Source of the DNA: Elsinoe ampelina
Taxonomy: Eukaryota
Reading direction: 5' to 3'
Length of the DNA: 64,000 nt
NCBI GenBank assembly: GCA_010093995.1
Contig: ML992504.1
Coordinates: 1,102,322 to 1,166,321, forward strand
Each line of letters begins with the position of its first letter. The stretch's first letter is position 1. Positions 36,601-49,191 of the stretch are shown piece by piece. The position numbers and the translations under genes are program-made. Under the pieces are notes generated by a model. The model saw nothing but the letters and a program-made list of their open reading frames with translations, did no database searches and was not told where the DNA came from.

Positions 36601-37905
36601 ACCAAATTCGATGCCCCCGTGCGCTCGATTTCCCTCTACGGGGCCAACGGCTACATCTGCAGCCACGGCACCGCCATCTCTTACTATACCTATTCCACCC
36701 TCAACAAGAAATGGGTCCTCGTGTGCGCCTACCGCCTTCACTCCCCAGCAGTACACATCACCACCTCGCCCCCCTACATCCACCTCACCACCTCAACAGA
36801 CAGCCTCATGACCCTGCACCTCCTCGGCCCAGCTACAGAAGCAGACGACTCCAACCTCACTCCCCCATCCTTCCGCCTCCGCCTCTTCACCACAGACCAC
36901 CTCTCCGCCCTAGGCCAACACCACCTCACCCTCCCCTCCCCCCTACCAAACGACCCCAGTACCCTCGCGCTCCTCACGACGAAGACCTCTTCTCTCCGCG
37001 GCCTCACGATCCCCACCTCCCCTTCCACCACCACTACCACGTCCTCCTCTCCCTCCGCCCCCCAAGGCTCCCTCCCCGCCTCCCATCCCCCCTCGGTTCC
37101 CGCCTCTACCTCCCCCCCGCACGGGCCAGGACAAGCCAAATCCCCCTCGCAAACCCTCTTCTCCGCCTCCCTCCCTTGTTCGATAGTGCGTCTGGTGAAG
37201 CACAATACCTCCCTCTCACCCCTCCCCCGGGACGAAAGGAACTGTATCATAGGCCTCACTACCCTCGGGGCATTGGTGGGGATCAAGCTCCTTGGCCCGC
37301 AGGAATGGAGTGTGTTGAAGTATGTGGAGGTGCTTTGCGAGCGGGGCAGGGCGAGGGGATTTGGTGCGCGAGGGCGGATGGCGGGGGGTACAGGAGGAGG
37401 GACAGGAGGAGGGGAAGGGAAAGGGAAGGGGGAGGGGTTGGTGCTGGGTTTCAGGGGATTGGAGAGGTATGATTCCGAGGGAGAAGGGGCGTTTGAGATT
37501 AGGACAGGGGTGGGATGGGGGGAGGTTGAGGGGATGAGGGAGGAGATGGAGCGGGGTGTCGGAGATGGTGATGGTGGGGAGGGGAGGAGGGGAGGGAGGG
37601 ATGGAGGTGGAGACCGAGGGGTGGAGGCGGGGAGGAAGGAAGGGTGGGAGGTCCTGGGGAGATTGGAGAGGAGTGAGAGGTGGAAGGAAGGGGATATGCA
37701 TGTTGATGGGGACCTGGTGGGGGGATTGCTGAAGGATGGCTGGGTGGAGGGAAGGGAGTTGCTGATGAGGATGCTGGAGGAGGAACGGGGGAGGGATGAT
37801 AGAGTGGGGGCGTTTGTGAGGGAGCACTACGATGAGGAGATGGCACTTGTGGATCACGCTCTCGAGACGATCAGGACGAGCTTGATGGCTTGGGGATTCT
37901 GGTAG
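33694..37905 (+). CDS. Mms1/DDB1/RSE1-like triple beta-propeller protein
   Basis: 1403-aa ORF with GVLTRTLTPSP, LVIDPSSRFVAASS, LSNWTPNVD, LFVTSG..GRLVELRPG and C-terminal MHVDGD, which resemble the fungal MMS1_N/CPSF-A family. Confidence 0.7.
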   Translation: MASSTPTVGVLTRTLTPSPAPSRILALKTGHAGDHDSHDTLIWIHDHAFDICIIEPGGFVRREGREEPAGRILAAEIMVAPQPSLEVSRDDIKEVFGRSMLVMTLDTGCLVMYGFIKHGSRVRAEIICHEPIIRRTNPLERIGTLLVIDPSSRFVAASSPEGELMLWRTTRPQADHHSGTPEETDTPSCSLKSIGPVIRPDGHVVHMAFTPPATQGGTGSDLLLILTMKSKVYLRQIRLGPSFSDVEMSEPRRIHTSGRLPDLMVPVDVHGHVILAFGTVLVLYDVSNPSGEIIERKLTLPDNVQASEMVYTGWTKDDKAFRQNNLIIYYLSSSDGSVAMLSLDLASSKETGRCDIVLSSISHVPHRLDCGICAFTEPAHGDPALALPGSLADGGYYSIQILVDTESSDGRQHSTLILERYQVLSNWTPNVDIVSSALPRSHDSSPRVGESLFVTSGMHDNGRLVELRPGVECNMLFSLDFETSTNVRDLWIVRPADHDGLSAFLVSDATPTDQVHTTALVHDSGELYSIDNINDASSGFVDISQPTIHMSNWATTRGTLHVTTRAVFAFKGVTKRELFACPSDDVIRKAEVIYSGSSAFLAILTTALMAAQPVYQVHFLTVSEDLTVDIATHELHDLPPAAITVGQSGNTFFLLVVSDDGEIRWMSRDNLQTLATYQLESPAVCEKVSVLNAEGNDQAFLVCAMRDGSLSILSLGYKEEGPTIEAHQTISLGLTPVNIISYKSSRNTPANAVIALCGSRVYLVKHDEHHPRRRFSASPVWITDKDEPDFQLKGVSAISQVDQNLLLDDTNVNGCLAILTGSTLVIASLNEASGMAIPRSLDTRSSPTRLLYSRRLGHFALGGNSKNTHTGESEASIEFTRSNRKSVIKTEDGKQDTCSTLQISGERFYCMTEWVHESKDGKKFAFLLVGTGVEGRDSDTNAPKTGGRVHLLQPKLSHSRISAINTVTSTKFDAPVRSISLYGANGYICSHGTAISYYTYSTLNKKWVLVCAYRLHSPAVHITTSPPYIHLTTSTDSLMTLHLLGPATEADDSNLTPPSFRLRLFTTDHLSALGQHHLTLPSPLPNDPSTLALLTTKTSSLRGLTIPTSPSTTTTTSSSPSAPQGSLPASHPPSVPASTSPPHGPGQAKSPSQTLFSASLPCSIVRLVKHNTSLSPLPRDERNCIIGLTTLGALVGIKLLGPQEWSVLKYVEVLCERGRARGFGARGRMAGGTGGGTGGGEGKGKGEGLVLGFRGLERYDSEGEGAFEIRTGVGWGEVEGMREEMERGVGDGDGGEGRRGGRDGGGDRGVEAGRKEGWEVLGRLERSERWKEGDMHVDGDLVGGLLKDGWVEGRELLMRMLEEERGRDDRVGAFVREHYDEEMALVDHALETIRTSLMAWGFW

Positions 37906-37970
37906 CTGGGAATCATTCACCCTTCCTTCAAGCTGCAATGACACGGCTTTCCCCTGCTCCTCTCGTCACG

Positions 37971-39459
37971 CTAAACCTCCCCCTCCCAATCCCTCCCCTT
38001 CGCCCTCCCACAAACCTCCACCAACCACCTCCCCGCCCTCTCCCAATCATCTTCCGTCAAATAAACCTGCCCACTCAACCTCACCCAAAACCTCCCTCGA
38101 TGCCAAAAGATAGCGACAAAAGTCCTGAACTCATCGACGAGCACCTTCTCCATCCACCTCGCGATCTCAAGGACCTTACCAAATTGCACCTCCCCGCTCA
38201 ACAAGTCGGCATAGTGGAGCGGCAGTCGCACATTGGAGAAGGCGCACCCGCCTAACGTACCTTCGGCGTTCTCCATGACTTCTGTCCCCAAGGCAAGGCT
38301 GACGATCTCACCTGCTCGCTGTGCAAGATGGTGGTTGTACCCGAACACGGCGTCTTCGCCTTGCTTGCCGCGCCAGGTGAGGCGGAAACGCCACTCCAGC
38401 GCTGCTGGGATGCAGAGGTAGGGACTGTTGTCGAGGGTACCGGTGAAGGTGAAATTGGCTTCATATGCATTGAGGGTTTCGCCGGCTGCCTTTGGTAAGG
38501 GATCGTTGATGCCCTCGGCCGCTGCGGGCACGAAGCCGTGGCTGGTGGGTAGGGAGGAGCGCATGAGGTGTTGGTTGCGTTCGGGGACGTACATGATGGC
38601 GCAGGGCCGGGGGACGTAGAGCCATTTGTGGAGATTGGAGACGAAGAAGTCTGGGTCTAAAGAGGTGAGGTTGATGGGGATGTGGCCTACGCAGTGAGCG
38701 CCGTCGATGACGGAAAGGATGTTTTCAGCCCGGCAGGTGGTGACGAGTTGAGGAAAGGGGCACAGGATGCCGGGAACCGAGGAGATGGTGTCAAAGACGG
38801 CGAGACGAGGGTTCTTGCCTTGAGAGCGGATGGTGGCAATGGCTGTGTGGAAGAGGGCGAGGACATGGTCATCGGACAGAGGATGCGTGAGCTCAATGCG
38901 GTGAAGCGTGAGCGGTGTAGTCTCGGTAAGGTACAGCAAGGTCTTCTCAATGGCAGAGTAGATGGTGGAAAAGTAGATTGCCACGTCATTGGGTGAGAAG
39001 ACAAGGTTCCGCAAGATGGTGTTCAACCCGGTCGTGGCGTTTGGAGTGTAGACGACGGAAGATTTTGGACACTGCAGGTAAGAAGCGATGGCCGTTCGTG
39101 ACTTGGAAAGCAGTGGTGGATACTCATATCGGATGTGAATATCCGGTCGGGCCTGAGATGCATCCTGGTAGGTTCGTTGTACGTCACGAACAGTCTTCGG
39201 GATGGCGCCAAAGGAACCTCGGAATGATCAGCAGGTATCGAGATTGGGTGTGACAGCATGGCAAAAGATGAGCACCCGTCATGACGTTGGGCAGAGATGT
39301 GGTTGTACACAATTTCTGAGAGTGACGGGTGAGCTGGCAAGGTAGTACAAACATACCATGGTTAAGGTTTAGATAGTCGTCGTCGAATGGGAAATGCTTC
39401 CGGGCATCTACACCGCATTCAATTGCCTGGTCAGGCTCATTCGAGTGCCGGAGAACCAT
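37971..39459 (-). CDS. Class V PLP-dependent enzyme, Egt2-like hercynylcysteine sulfoxide lyase; intron 39218-39356
   Basis: YLNLNHG/SFG, PNATTGLNTILRNL, IDGAH and DPDFFVSNLHKWLYVPR (PLP lysine). Confidence 0.85.
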
Positions 39460-39867
39460 AATGGATCGGAGCTGCAAGGAGCAAACATGGGAAAATGGTT
39501 CTGGAAGAGAAAATGAGCAAGGGATCCGCGGTGGTGGTATATGTACCACTCCGCCGGGATATAGGGCGCGGATTGACGGCATGACTCCTCCCGGGGAAGC
39601 TTCAGAGTCAACCCCGACCTGACCCAAGCAATCAATCGTGCATGACCCAGCAAATAAGCTGCAAAATACACAGCATGAAGTCACTGCATGTACCGCGTAA
39701 AAGGAACGTCGGCTAACATGCTCATGGGGTTCGTTGGTGCTCGCGATAACCACCGATGATCCATACCGCCTCACAGGGTTGGGTGCTCTCTTGGAGGACT
39801 ATAAGATGGATGCCCAAGGTCAGACAGACGTTGGTCCATGTCCGTATCATAGACTTCGTTTCAAGCC

Positions 39868-40179
39868 ATGTCGAGTCCAGCCCCATCATCCTCATCATTC
39901 GCCTCATCGTCATCATCCTCCGCAGCAGCCAATGCTAGAACATCTGGCCCTGCTCCATCCGCGGCGACCTATACCTCTACCACCATTCCCACGTCCTCCA
40001 GAGCCGCCGATAAGGCACCTGTAATTGGCAGAACCGTGTCGAGCACTGCATACACGCAGCCATCCACAGCCTGTCCTCCGAAGCAACGACCAGTCACAGT
40101 CTGGTACTACTCGTCAAGATACACATTACCGGCCTCCGAGTTGATGAAGCAGCATCTGGATTCGTCCAAGCGCAAGTGA
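39868..40179 (+). CDS. Possible small Ser/Thr-rich hypothetical protein
   Basis: 103-aa ORF with a good start context (GCCATG); no recognisable domain. Confidence 0.3.
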   Translation: MSSPAPSSSSFASSSSSSAAANARTSGPAPSAATYTSTTIPTSSRAADKAPVIGRTVSSTAYTQPSTACPPKQRPVTVWYYSSRYTLPASELMKQHLDSSKRK

Positions 40180-40357
40180 TGTGCGCGTGTCGATCGTGGG
40201 TGTTGTTCAGTCTCCGTGCTTCTCAAGATTCGCTAATCATGCCAGATGAAGTCTGCTGCGGCATTGAGAGCCACGAGGTGATGGGTCGTTGTCCATGTTG
40301 GTAGTGGGAGCATCCGCTCGTTCTCGTTGTGTATAGCGTTCATACTTGTCATCGTCG

Positions 40358-40862
40358 TCAATATACCCTCCTCGCACCCTTGACCAAATTCTCCACCACC
40401 ACCTTCATCTCATCCCTATCTTTCGCTGCACGCTTTCGATCCTCCTCCACGTCCCTAAGCTCTTTATCCAAGCGCTCAATCCTCTCGTTCTGCTCACTAG
40501 CGCTGTTGCCAATACCGGGCAGAACACCAATCAGATACTCAATCTGCTGTTCCTTGAGGACGAGGTCGCGTGCCAATTCTCTGAGACTGGCCTGAAATAC
40601 TGCTGGGTCATCGGGGACAATGTCGTTCGCTGCATCTTGCATAACTGGTTGTGTGCCATCTTCATTCTTTTGGGTCGTGGGTGCTTGATCGGGCTGGCCG
40701 GGGATAGATGCGAAGCTGTGGTGAGAGTTAATGTAGCGCAGTGAAGCGAACATCTGCGTGGCCAGCTGTGACCAATCAGCTCTGCCAATGTTATATCTCG
40801 TGAGCCCAATGATTGCATACATCATCCAGACAGTCCTGGAGCTGGGTTAGACGGTCCGCCAT
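40358..40862 (-). CDS. MED21: Mediator subunit Med21/Srb7; intron 40766-40820
   Basis: MADRLTQLQDCLDD/LATQMFASLRYI and ELARDLVLKEQQIEYLIGVLPGIG. Confidence 0.95.
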
Positions 40863-41331
40863 ATTCACAATTCCACGAATTGTCAAGAGATATTCGTAAG
40901 GTAACCTTTAAAATAGTCAAGCATGTAACGAACGAGACCCTAACCCTAGTAAATCCGGGTATAATTTCACAAGGGCTTGAACTCGAGGCAGTACAGAAGG
41001 TAGAGGAAGATGTTGAGACAATTGCAATGGGCGTAATGGATTCAAAAATTGCTGTAGCTACCTATGAGAGCTGCACAGCCTCCACTACCAAGCAATCAAA
41101 TCAACATCCACCTGGCTGCAGCACAATCTGCACTATATCGAAAAGAATTCTCATAAAGGATCGTGTATGTTTGGGCCGCCGTCGAAGAAATTAAAGTCTG
41201 CTTGATAGCAATGGTGTGTTGAATGAACTCAGGTCGTGTAAGGCAGCGTTCACTGGTAAGAGTAAGCTGAGCTACCGAAGAAGAAATAGGGTGGACTTAC
41301 TGCACAACTGCTAGAGAACACGAGGAGCTGG

Positions 41332-41490
41332 CTATGGCTTGGTTGTGCATGGGCGGCAGCACTTGCGGCGGCATCTCTGGCATTCGAAGATGTACCAGTG
41401 CGGGCCGGAATGACACATCTGGCACCTCCAGACTAGCAGTGTTGTGTCGCTCTTCTTCATGAGCCACTGGTGGGGGCAGCGAGGAGGCAT
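41332..41490 (-). CDS. 52-aa Cys/His-rich zinc-finger-like microprotein (absent from the ORF track)
   Basis: MPPRCPHQWLMKKSDTTLLVWRCQMCHSGPHWYIFECQRCRRKCCRPCTTKP*: CxH plus three CxxC pairs, with start context CAACATG. Confidence 0.7.
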   Translation of the reverse strand: MPPRCPHQWLMKKSDTTLLVWRCQMCHSGPHWYIFECQRCRRKCCRPCTTKP

Positions 41491-43199
41491 GTTGACTTGG
41501 GGCGGGGTGCAAGTGATGTCTTGAGGATGGGACTAGTGTCCGTGGATGGTGCGTCGTGATGAGGAAGTATCAAAATCGGGTAGAGGAATGGTCGGGAGAT
41601 GAGATGCTTGATACTTCTCTGCCTGCGAACACTATCGAGACGGATAGCTTCCTGACTTTTATAAGAGCGCTGCGATCACACATTGTAAGGAAGCAACGAA
41701 AGAGTATTGATCCAGGATCTCATTGTGCTGGACAAACGGAGCTCGAAGAACCAGATGTGGTAGGTCGTGACACGCTCTTGGGGAGGAACAACGAGAGCTT
41801 AGCGGAATGCTGGTCATGTGCATGGTCCAAGGAACGACACCCAGCTCATGTTGGAAAGAAGCTCAACCTCATTGAGACGCCTGTCTCTCATACTTACCCT
41901 TTGTAAACGGCCAAAAAGTTTTCAAAGCAGTCCAGTAGTCAATATCCATGCCTTTGTGCTCCATTGACGATGTCTGTGATCAATTTAGGTCTGCTGTGGA
42001 GAAGACGTACGAGTCTGCACCTCGAGGTATGGAAGCAATGCCGCATTGATCGCCAGTGAATTCCGTAGCACGCACATCCATGTGGACGGTGCGCCAGCTG
42101 GCAAGGGATCACCGTAGACCTCGGTCGACGCAGAGTCATGTAAAGGGTTGTGCGTATATTGCACGATCTCACTCACTCAAACATCGCAAGGTTGCAGGCT
42201 GAGAAGGCGGCCAATAGTTCCATCGCTTGACGTCCATGGACCATTGGCGAGACCGTCATGGCCAGGTAATCCATTCCTGATGGGGATATCTGCAGAGAAC
42301 GCCGTCGATAGTCGATGTAGTAGCTTGATTCAACCAGGGTGAGTGCCTATGTAGGGCTGGTCGAGCCACTGATTTGGACTGGCGTCCGGTCGATGTCTGG
42401 TAGACTAAGTGACAGTGGGGCTACAGGGGACGCTGCTTAATGGCAAAGCAGAAATGCTTTACCAATATCCCGGGTTTCGGTAGTCGCAGGCTCCACGAGC
42501 GCAGAGCCGCGCGGGGATCTTACAGTGTACGACCACATCCAATGACCTATGGTTCGCCTCACAATGCTGTTGGTAGAGATCTCAGGCAGGACCTGCGAGA
42601 TGAGCGTTCTTCGAAGATGTGTGGAATGCAACAGCCCCTAGTTGGTAGCCCAATCTCCTCGTTGTTCAATCACACCACCAACCAAATCGAGATCTTTGTA
42701 TCCAATCATTTTCGCAAAGCCTGTCGTGCTGCAGGCTAGACAACTGGCGTACCAGAATCAATTTTTGGATGCGTTGTCCGTGTCGCGCAGACAGAAAGGA
42801 TTGTCGGCAAGAGAGGTGTGAGAATATCGAACTCTCAGAGTCGTTCATATGCACATAGCCCAAAGGGCGATAAACAAGCGAAAAGCAGATCCCGTCCCAT
42901 CCCAGTGGATTTCTCAAGGCGGCGTCCAGGTTGTGCAGCTCGGCGATCAGACACTTTCGCTTCGTGATCAGAGAAATACGAACATTCGATAGTGCAGCCG
43001 TGTTGATGCAAGGGAGACATTTACAGAAGCAAGCTGGGACGAAGTTGGATTCGGCGTCCAGAAACGGTGTTCCTCCAGGCTCTTGGCCACAAGAGAGAGC
43101 GCTGACTAAGCAGCGCACCAACGTGCGATTTGGTCATGCCCGCAGCCACCAAAATTTCACGTTGACGACACCCACAGAGAACATCGAAGGTCAGCCATA

Positions 43200-43779
<580 letters not shown>

Positions 43780-45099
43780 ACGAAACGATGGTACAGGGGA
43801 TGTGGCGTTGGGAGAGGTCATTATGCGGATGTTTCACATAGGACTTTTCCAGAATCGACTCGAGGATCTTCGATACAAGTGCTGCGATCGACACTGCATG
43901 GTAGAGACGAGTGGAGGAAGTTCGCGAAATGATAACCGCTTTCAAATATGGGAACATTCCATGCCAACCACAAATACAGCTTGTCTACGTACGCCGGGCA
44001 CGCCTGCCCAAATATGTCGCTGTTCTTGGTAGTCTGATCTCGTACTTTGTTCATCTCTTAGCAGAGCCGGTGGCGACAGATCCCATGCATCCCACCAAGC
44101 CTGGGCCGCTTTTATCATGCTCAAACGCTCGGCCGTTTTCTCCTTGGTGATTGCATCAAAGCAGATTCATCTGCTCGACATCGCAGTGATATACATGCCC
44201 GTACAAGTTTTCTGTCCCGCTATATTGATAGTAGTTGGGGGTTTAGCAGCATGATTCCACCCAGGCACAAGCACGCATGTTATGACCATGCAGTTTCCCT
44301 CGAGCGCACACTTCCCTCAAAGCTTCAGTCCTCGATCTGATCACTGATACCCCCGCCTAGATCATGTGGTATCCAGCGTGAAAATTTGTAGATCCACACA
44401 GTTCGACACCACACCGCTTGAGCTGCAAATTACATTGGACCAGCCTCATGACGGCGAGAAAAGGCATGCGGCACGCGAGCAGCAGAGCGGGGCTGCAAAA
44501 GAGCCTGTGCTTCTCCAATCATGCAAGCACCGAGCACCTACAGAGCAAAAGTCCACATCTGCAGACAATCACAGGATAAAGCAAATCAGTGAATAGTACA
44601 GAAAAAAATCGCCTCTTCCAGTCTACACCATGAAACAAAATAAAAATACCTGCTCAACCATGCATGCATGTCGTGTATCAGAATCACCCGTCCAAAAATT
44701 CCTCTGGGCAAAAAGCGCTCCACCTGCACGTCTCACGGGCCACGGCGCGTCGAGAGACGCCAGCCAGCGGACCCAAAGTCCTGCACGACCTGCACGACCG
44801 ACCAACTCCTCTCCCATAAAATTGGCGCTCAGCTTTCTCTCATGCAAATGGCCTACGCAGGTTGGAGTCGAGGCTAGTCTGCTGTGGTGTTTTACTGTCT
44901 TTATCACTACTTCAATTTCTTCAAACTGCATTGCATTTGCGGGAATATACTATTACGGCTGGTGAGCTCGCTGTCTCGAGGTCGAGTCCGGTGCTTTTGA
45001 CGGGAGGAAAGGACAGCATAGTTACGGGTCAATTTGGGACTTTCTCGTGTCTTCACGTGCAGGATTGGACGTCCTGCACATTCAAAGAGTCTTGGAATC

Positions 45100-46685
45100 A
45101 TGGATACACAGGATATACAGTCGTCGCCGCCCAGGAAGCCCTCGTTGCTACCCGCGTTTGAGCCGCTTTCGTCCTCGCCTGGTGGACTACCGCGTCAAGG
45201 GAAGAGAAAGTATGAAGAGCTGGTCAGGGACGACAGGAAATACTATCCCACGCCTATACCGACTTCGTCGACCGGAATTCTTGCATCGTCGTCGCCTCAG
45301 AGATCACGGACGCGTCCTGGCTTACAGCGAACCGTGTCATCCCTCACTGAACGCGCTCCTCTAGGTGCCGTACCCTCGATCGATGTCCCTGCCAATGGAG
45401 AGCCGATACACATGGGCCGCTCGTCCAACTCTTCAGACTACCAATTCCCATCGAATCGACTGATATCTCGCGTCCACGTCCGTGCAACATACCATTCTGC
45501 GTCCGAGGAATATCCGGAGGGGAAGATCGTGGTGGGCTGTCTAGGTTGGAATGGTTGCAAGGTACACTACCAAGGATCAGTGACGGACCTCGCGAAGGGA
45601 GAAACATTCGTGTCGTCAAAGCCTCTGTCCCAAATCATGGTCGACGTGCAGGACACTCGTGTCATACTGAGATGGCCAAGAGGATTGTCCGCCAATTCGA
45701 TACCCACGTCTCCACCATCACACTACCTGGAGTCTCCGTCAAAGAGAAGAAGTTTGGCACACGATGCCCTAGCTTCAAGCCCACCGTCGATATGTCATAA
45801 GATCAGATCGCCAGTGTCAATCAGCCCGAACCGTAACGTCATTCACTCCTTCGCCGAGACGTTCCACGCCAGTCAGGAAGCCGTTGATGACCCTGTCAAG
45901 GTATACGAAGACAACGAGTCCGCTGACGACTTCCCAAGAGATGCAACGCCAACCCCTCTAGCCAAGTCCGCCCCGTTCGAGGATGATGGTGCCGCTGATC
46001 TGAATCCGGCCATGTCGTCGACGCATTCAAGCAGCTTGTCGGAACCAGAAGAGCTGTCAGAGCATGACGAGGAGAACGACCCAATCGTCCATTCCTTCGG
46101 ACCTTTCGGAGAAAATCTGTTGTCGAAGTTCTCCTCATTCAAATCGGTCGCCTCTCCGGACCCTGCAGTTCGGAAACCTAACACCATCACTGATAACGCT
46201 CTGGGTATCAAGATGCCGTCCCAGCCATCATCACCTATCTTTCAACCTTTCCGCACCTTTCAAGAATCTCCCATCAGGAATCATGTCGTCAACCAGCTTG
46301 CTTTCTCGCGTGTGCACTCAATCCCTCTCACCACCATCTTCACCAATGTGCCCTCCGAAATGAAGATTCCGCAGGCCGATGACACTAATGCCACCTCCAA
46401 GCATGCCCCAATGACAACCTACGAGCTCAGGGCGATGCTCGCAAAGATTCCCTGCGTTGGTACCATCAGCAGAGAAGGCAAGGACGCAGCTGGAAAACCT
46501 CTTGAGGATGAATTCTACTACCTGCCAGACATGGATGATGATTCTGGAAGGCGAGATGCAGTCAGCATCGGAAAGCCTCCATTGAGGAACGTGAGAAAAC
46601 AACACAAAGTATGTTCGTTCTCACAGCGCCCTGATCCAGTACTGACATGGCATAGCAATACTTTTGGAAGAAGCCGAAGTACTAG
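45100..46685 (+). CDS. Tos4/Plm2-like FHA-domain transcription factor; intron 46609-46655
   Basis: YPTPIPTSSTGI, FHA motif MGRSSNSSD..ISRVHV, GKDAAGKPLEDEFYY, and spliced end PLRNVRKQHKQYFWKKPK. Confidence 0.85.
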
Positions 46686-47302
46686 TCGGGACTGTCATGG
46701 CGTTTCAGTGATACGCTGCAGGTGCTGTTGGAGTCGGAGACACAAGATAAGCACAAAGGTGCTAGAGGGGAGATGTGTAGAAATTGCGACGACATTGCGT
46801 CCAGGACAAGCACGGCACTCCCAGAAGCCATTGGAATTTGTTGTATTAGGCGATCGATACCAGCACCAGCGTCATGTATTAGAACAGACAAATGCAAGAA
46901 GTAAACATGTCGATGTAGGAGATGCGCAATGTAGTGTGTGAAATGTAAAGTCAGTCAACAATCAAAGGTCGTGGGGTCGCGGGGTAGGCGCGTTACGTCA
47001 TTTCCAGACTATCCAACCACGTTAATTCTGATTTGGTCAACCGCAGCCGCCAAGCTTGATCGGTTGGAGTTCCGGTCTGTCCCCGCAACAACCTCGAAGT
47101 CAAGGGCTGGACCTTGGAAATGGACTAGCTCTTTCGCCTGCTATACCGCCCGTCCGGACCACGACGGCCAACTCGGTTTCCGGCTACTGCGAATCGCCTT
47201 CCGAGTAGCTTAGCGACTCTGCCGGCAAGCCCTGCTCCGCTAAGCGGTCCGCGCATCTCTCTGGGCGCGATACCGAGGGAGTCATGCGACACGCACTGGC
47301 AG

Positions 47303-48990
47303 ATGGGTGACAAGTCACAGACCGCGGCCTTCGAAAAGGCTAACGGCACCACCCATATAGACATGCCTCCACCCGGCGACACGAAATCTGCCAGTCCAGA
47401 TGTCAAACGAGAGGCTAAGAATGGCACACCCATCAAGATGGACGAGTCGGAGAAGAACAAGGACTCGAGCAAGAAGCCTGCAAAGAGACGCAAGGTCAAC
47501 CACGCATGCGTATACTGCAGACGCAGTCACATGTCAATTGCTCTGTTCATAGTTCAAATCCGAACATACTGACAAATACCAGGACATGCGACCTTCAACG
47601 ACCTTGCGCCAGGTGTGTCAAGCGCGACATTGGCCATCTATGCCACGATGAACCTCGAGAACCAGGAAAGAGACAGAAGTCAGAACCGGAGCTTGCGCCT
47701 GCTGAGCAGAAACAGCCTGACCCAACCCCTTTCAGCAACTTTGAACAAGACCACGGAGGACTCAGCATTGCTCCAGCTGGCGTCATGGCTCCAAACATGG
47801 GACAGACAACTCTCTCACATCCAAAGCCTCTGTCGCCAACAGCATTACAGCAGCCGCAACCTCAAATTCAGAATCAGGACTTCACCGGCGGCTTCAGCTC
47901 TTATGACTTTGGTGGGCAGAATCAATTCTCGGATCTTAGCAATCTACATCCTTACACTACCTTTGGCACAACCGAGGTCAACAACGAATACAACTTACTT
48001 GGCGACTTTCTTAGCTCGAGTCTACTGGACGACGGCATGTATAATCAGGACGACACGCAAACACTCTTCAATGATCCTTTACTGACCGCAAATGCAATGA
48101 GGGAGTTCGCAGCGCTCACCCAAAATCAGAATCAAAATCAGAATCAAGCGCAGTCGTCAACCCATGCACAAACTGGCAACGAGATTTCGAGGCCCAACAG
48201 CACATTTCCTGTCGATCCCAAGGCACGCGAGAAGTTCTTCCTTACCGCTGCCGATCCAGCCGGCAATGACTCCCCAGAGGAGCGCATGAACAGACTACTC
48301 AAGGCAAAATACGACGCAGGCATGCTCAAGCCCTTCAACTACGTAAAAGGGTACGCTCGGCTGAACAGCTATATGGAGAAGAATATGCGACCACTCTCGC
48401 GACAAAAGATTCTTCGACAGCTCAATCAATTCCGACCAAAATTCCGAGAAGCCATGCACAAATTGACGGATATACAACTTGTCAAGGTCGAGATGTGGTT
48501 TGAGAGATGCTTGATGGAGTACGATCGGGTCTTTGCCAGTATGGCTATACCGGCGTGTTGTTGGCGGAGAACGGGAGAGATATATCGTGGAAACAGAGAG
48601 ATGGCCGAGCTCATTCATGTGCCCATGGAGAAGCTCAGAGACGTAAGGCTAGATGTCTTGTCTGAGACGCGGTACACTGACTCGATTGACAGGCCAAGAT
48701 AGCTCTACATGAGATCATGGTAGAAGACTCTCTGGTCAGCTACTGGGAAAAGTTTGGCGCCATTGCCTTTGATCAATCACAAAAGGCAATACTAACGACT
48801 TGTTCTCTTAAAAACCCAGATCCGACGTCGAAAGATCCATTTCTGCGCTGCTGTTTCTCCTTTACCATTCGTCGAGATACCCATAACATGTAAGCTTGTT
48901 CGCAGCTAAGGCGTGAAATTTGCTGACCCGTCCAGTCCTGCGATGATTGTAGGGAACTTTCTGCCAATTCAGCCGGAGTCCAAGGAGTAA
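47303..48990 (+). CDS. acuM: Zn2Cys6 gluconeogenesis regulator, AcuM/Rds2-like; introns 47533-47582, ~48643-48692 and ~48890-48935
   Basis: KRRKVNHACVYCRRSHMTCDLQRPCARCVKRDIGHLCHD, LKPFNYVKGYARL, IPACCWRRTGEI and SYWEKFGAIAFD. Confidence 0.85.
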
Positions 48991-49191
48991 ATATGGTGGG
49001 TGGTCAAAAAAGTTATTGCTTGTACAGATCATGACCGAAGTGTTGATATGACACTTAAAATACCATGCGACGTCTTAGCTGGTGGAGTCACCAGCCGAGC
49101 GCCTTCTACATTTGTCAACGTCACCTTTCAAATCGTGCTCCTACTTGATCCGATCGGGACAGCTCACATCGACAAAAACATTTAGCGCAAA

